A stretch of DNA of 64,000 nt, taken from Ruditapes philippinarum (lineage: Eukaryota). The stretch spans positions 62,001 to 126,000 of the forward strand of contig NW_026856555.1 in NCBI RefSeq assembly GCF_026571515.1, in the 5' to 3' direction. The notes below the pieces were generated by a model that did not search any database, had not been told where the DNA came from, and was given only the letters and a program-made list of their open reading frames with translations. Below are positions 59,580 to 64,000 of this stretch, piece after piece. Every line of letters starts with the position of its first letter. The stretch's first letter is position 1. Position numbers and translations under genes: made by a program.

Positions 59580-61635
59580 GGTTTCTTCGAAAATAAAAAA
59601 TTAAGAAAAAAGGTTTTTTGGGAAGGAAAGAAAGCCCCAAAATCGAAGCCCAAAATTGAGATTTTTTAAAACAAGAAAAAGAAAAAATTTTTAAACAAAA
59701 GTATGCCCGAAAAAAGGGGGAAAAAACAGGGAAAATTTGAGCATAATTTTAATTTTATTTAAAAAAAATCTGTTTTCCCAAACTTACTTTAAAAAAAATC
59801 AAGCTTTTTTAAAAATCAACTTGATACAGAAGAACCATATGAGAAAATTTACAATGAAAGAAAACAAGCTTATGTCAGGAAAACGCGGAAAAACACTTTA
59901 AAAAAATTAAACACCTTGAAAACGAACTATTGAGAAGAGAAAAGAGGGAAAAAAATGATCAGAAATGCTTGAAGCGAAAAAGTAGAGACAGAAGGAAGGA
60001 GAAGACCTTCTTAAAGACATAGAAAACACAAAAAAGATAAAATTAAAAAAACTTGAAACTGACAAGAGAGAAAAGCAAGAAGAAAAAATAAAGGAACTTG
60101 AAACTGAGAGAGAAGAACTCGAAACTCAGAAAGACGAGCTACAAAAGAAAAATGACGAATTTGAAGATGAATTTATCAAAATGAGAGAAGATTTTGCCAA
60201 AATAAAGGCTGAGAAGGAAGATGTTTTAGTAAACATTAAAAAGAAGAGAAAATAATGACCAAATTGAAACGGAAACAGGGCAATAACATTGAAGGATCTT
60301 TAAGGGCATCGAAAAAAAACGAAAATCGAAACCAAACTCCGATTGGAATGCTTATTAGAAAGTGAAGCATTGAAGTCTGAAAATGAGTCTTTATTCCGCG
60401 CTAACGAAGCAAAGAAAGACGAGATAAATGAAATTCAAAAAGAAGTTGCCAGTATAAAAAAAGAGTTGCAACTAGAACAACTCAGATATCATAAAATAAA
60501 GCAAGAATGGGATGAGGAAAAGAGTAGGACAGAATTTGTACTAGTTAGCAAATCTGCTAAAAAGAGGCACCAAAGGGGTTTAGAATCATCTTTAAAGGAG
60601 GAAAACGACTCGGAGGATGAACATGTTGTCGGAGTTTTAGAAGCTGCTAAACTGGAAAAAGAATCTATGATTGCAAAGGAGAATGAGCTTAAGAAACGCG
60701 TGAAGCAACTCCAAATTGACAAGGATGAACTTTTCAGGTCTGGAACAACTTTGTTCGCTGAAAATAAAACTTTGAAATCAAAGTATGACCAAATTATAGG
60801 AGAAAGATCGATGCTCCTTCAGGTGGAAGCAGCTCTAAAACGGAAAGTGAAAGAACAGGAGGATGAAATGAAAGACTTAAAAAAGACTATCGATGATTTA
60901 TATTATCAGAACATGGCGATCAGAACAAATGAAGAAAACGAAAATAAAAAAAGTTCATATGTAGTTCTTATGGGTAATGAGATGATTAAAAAGCTTGAAC
61001 GCGAGAAAAGCGCATTACATAGACGAGTAAAGTTTTTGGAGAAAGAAAATAATGAAATTGAAACAAGAGTTGTAGAATTGGAAAGACAGTCAGCAGATCT
61101 TGTCAACTATTCAAAAAAGTATGACAAATATTCCACATTTCCAGAATCTAATAGAAGTAGAGACAGCAGTTACATAGAGAAACCGTGGTCCCGGGGTCGA
61201 GATAATAGAGATACCGTAAGGTCACATGATCGTGAAAATAGAGACACAGCAAGGGGACAATATCATCATAACAAAGAAACTCCACGTTCCCGGGAAAGGG
61301 TAAACGATAGGACAAGAGAGCCTCCTAGCGATAGAAACCCGCATCGTTTATCTGGTCGTGATCAAGGAGGAAGAAGACACCTTGACCAGCGCCCACCATC
61401 TGAAAAAATGATGTCGTTTCACGAATACAGAGAAAAATCAAAATACGGAACAGGTGTTCCAACAAAAAGCCCCGATTACTACAAAAATAACATGCCACCG
61501 TTCGCTAACGCTCCTTCAAGACAGCCAAGTATGATGGCACCTCCAAGCATACATTCCGGGCAAGGTCATGACTCGAGGTTTTCATTTCCTCCACTAGGAT
61601 CTCGGACTGCCCGCTCCCCGAGACATGGACATTAA
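59580..61635 (+). CDS. Uncharacterised coiled-coil protein CC8; 3' ~430 codons intact, 5' ~760 bp disrupted (assembly error or pseudogenisation)
   Basis: Acceptor tttatttgcattttcag| at 59579. Remnants EPYEKIYNERKQ (~59832) and KIKELETEREELETQKDELQKK (~60085) lie upstream of the intact ORF, which carries YDQIIGERSMLLQVEAALKRKVKE and MIKKLEREKSAL (cf. CC6). Confidence 0.7.
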
Positions 61636-62487
61636 GAGTTCTGCTAAACAACATCGAAGAATGTATTAACTTTTAAGCAAAACAAAATTGATTATAAATG
61701 TCGTATTGAACATTCATAACATGGAATGTTTTTAGTTTAATTTTAGAACTTACTTATTAGTTAAACAACACATCCTTCAAAAGTTATCAAATTTATATAG
61801 TCGTTATAGTGAAAGATACTCACTCCACTCTTAACAAGTTATACTCGTACATAAGACATGTAAATTGTTTTGTTATCTTCATTCTGTTACAACATTCCAT
61901 GTTAAATACAGTCATATTTGTTATTTTTGTTAGATACAAATTCGTCTCATGTGTTGATATTATATTAGTGGATCTATTTGTTTTATATGTATAGTCAAAA
62001 TCTACATAAAATTAAAACATGCTTATATTTGAACTACCCTGTCTTTTTTGTATATCAAGAATTAGTGTCAAAATGTTGTATATCGCAAAAATTATTTGCA
62101 TATGTGTGTTAGTAATTAAAAAGGTACATGCAGTTTGATAACAGTAACTCAAGAGTATGGATAAATAAGATATTTTAAAAGAACCGTTATAGACATGTAA
62201 AAGATCAAAAACTTCTTTGACTGCTTTCAAAGTTGTGAACTCTTCTTAATCTTACAACGAAAAAGATCATCGGTGTAAGATGTTTGACATATCAATGTGT
62301 ATTTGCATCATAACTTTAAGAAAAATAAAACACACATAAAATAAATAGTCAAAATTCCTTTTCTTCATTTGTAAATTATAAACTACAAATTCTATGCATA
62401 ACAACGATAACCCTTAACCTGATTAAGTCAAAAATGCAACCAGTGAAGGTAAATCTATGAAAAATGTTCAGCAGTAGGTTAAGTAAT

Positions 62488-62582
62488 AGAAAGAGCATCG
62501 AAACACAAGGCTATCTGATTTGTACTAGGGGGCATAGCCCCCGAGTATCATTCAGATTGCCGAGTGTTTTGATGTTCTTTCT
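62488..62582. repeat. ~95-bp imperfect hairpin module
   Basis: agaaagagcatcgaaacac..atctga..gtact.gggggcatagccccc.gagta..tcagat..gtgttttgatgttctttct. Confidence 0.7.
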
Positions 62583-63687
62583 CTTTTGTATCATAGTCAA
62601 ACATAAAAACACGTTCCCCGTTGTCACAATACTAAACCCCAGAAAAAAGTAACCAATGAACGAGCATCTGAATATGATATTTCTATCGCTTTCCCTTGCT
62701 CTGCCGTCAAAATAAGTAAACCCCAGCAAAAAAGAGCCAAACCATGGGCATACTCTGGAGTGCGGGTAATTAAAACCTGCACTCCAGTTAACGCACTGTG
62801 CATGTATATGCATACGATTTAATCCTGACTCATTTTCAACAGAAAGTAACCAAACTATGATACAAATGATATGAAGAGTGACAAAACCACAAGTAGGTGT
62901 TTGCAGTATTTATAACTTTATATGACTGCGTTTTTGGGGTTTAAACTGCCATTATGCTCGTGAAACTGTAAATTACTGTGCCTGTGTCCATCACAACAAT
63001 ACATAACACGGACTGCAATTATTCTATAAATATACACTTCGATCTATTGGGAAATTATTTTATATGAAAAAAATAAGATGAATGTTGTATAAATGTTATA
63101 TGAATGTAATGTTACATTACAAAAAGTGAAACAACTTATAACTTCATCGAATTCTCGCGGATAACTCGGTTATCCGAAACACTGCTAATTTGCATTCGCA
63201 GCGCAAACCTACAAATATTACAGATTTACTTACATGTTGCAAAAATAAATCATTGTCTAAAAGTTTTTACTGTTTCTACGGTTTATTTGCTATTTATTTT
63301 GTTTAGCAGTGTCAATACAATTAAACTACATATGTATAAACATAAACACCTTCCTTTATTTTTTCATAAACGTTTACTTATATAGATCTGTAGAACCTTT
63401 TATAACTATAATTTTATTAGGTACAGCTTTTTAGCTGCGAAAGGAAAAGCAATGAAAATGTCCGAATAATCAAGTAGGTTGATATACGTATCAACGAGAT
63501 AGCTCTAATAACCCTTCACAATTTACTTTATTAAAACAAAAAAAAAGTATCACACAATTATAAAGGAGTAACTTTAAATTACAATGTACAATTTTAATAT
63601 CAGTGAATCGGACGTTTGGGTTTGTGCAGCTAAGCTCAGATCAGATACATGTATAAACTACAGATTATCAATCGTGCACTGTAACAC

Positions 63688-63839
63688 CGCACTTTGGGGT
63701 CAAACGCACTTTGGGGTCCGACCCCAAAGTGCGTCAAACTTCGCACCGCACTTTGGGGTCAAACGCACTTTGGGATCAAAATCGAGAAATTGACCCCAAA
63801 GTGCGTTAATATGCTACATATCAACGCACTTTGGGTTCA
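63688..63839. repeat. Cluster of 14-bp CGCACTTTGGGGTC motifs in direct and inverted orientation; probable transposon end or MITE
   Basis: Five forward and two reverse (GACCCCAAAGTGCG) copies in ~150 bp. Confidence 0.75.
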
Positions 63840-64000
63840 GAGGTGTCATCTGAGTTCTGCTTAAATACTGAGTACTGACTTATTTTCTATCTGCGACATT
63901 GGAATATTTGAATTGGAGTCCAAGATGGCGGTCAATACTTTATGATGCTTAAGTGATAAAAGTTTCATTAATGTTACCACTTGTAATATCTAAAAATTGT

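Noticed and set aside
25886-61106. Many hydrophobic Phe/Ser/Leu-rich ORFs antisense to the coiled-coil genes
   Set aside because: Expected shadows of GAA/AAA-rich coding strands.
25644-61635. Naming the cluster genes as myosin, tropomyosin, SMC or intermediate filament proteins
   Set aside because: No motor, Walker or IF-consensus motifs seen; the similarity would be compositional only.

Overview
AT-rich eukaryotic genomic DNA. The repeat repertoire (tRNA-derived SINEs, a ~236-bp palindromic MITE) suggests a bivalve mollusc; this is inference. The TTG/GTG starts in the ORF track do not apply. Left of a 150-N gap (22631-22780) lie one large coding exon of FBXL16 (minus strand; I could not find its remaining 3' exons in the window) and repeat-rich DNA. 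That DNA includes a 2.7-kb non-autonomous DNA transposon with ~535-bp TIRs, CAC ends and a 5-bp TSD, plus seven copies of the palindromic MITE. Right of the gap are an Arg/Ser-rich 13-aa-repeat exon with likely partner exons, then the main discovery: a ~36-kb array of eight paralogous coiled-coil genes, each with a single coding exon (orientation + + + - + + - +). I cannot assign them to a known family. They share a ~28-residue module (Y..(l)..eR..L...E..yKKrI..LEkE), each has a splice acceptor just upstream of its coding sequence, and several carry dynein-light-chain (TQT)-type motifs. The 5' part of the eighth copy is frameshifted (assembly error or decay). Also present: a decayed mariner transposase fragment, a tiny LTR retroelement with tRNA-like LTRs, several hairpin elements sharing a CGAG/CGAG signature, and many mini/microsatellites.
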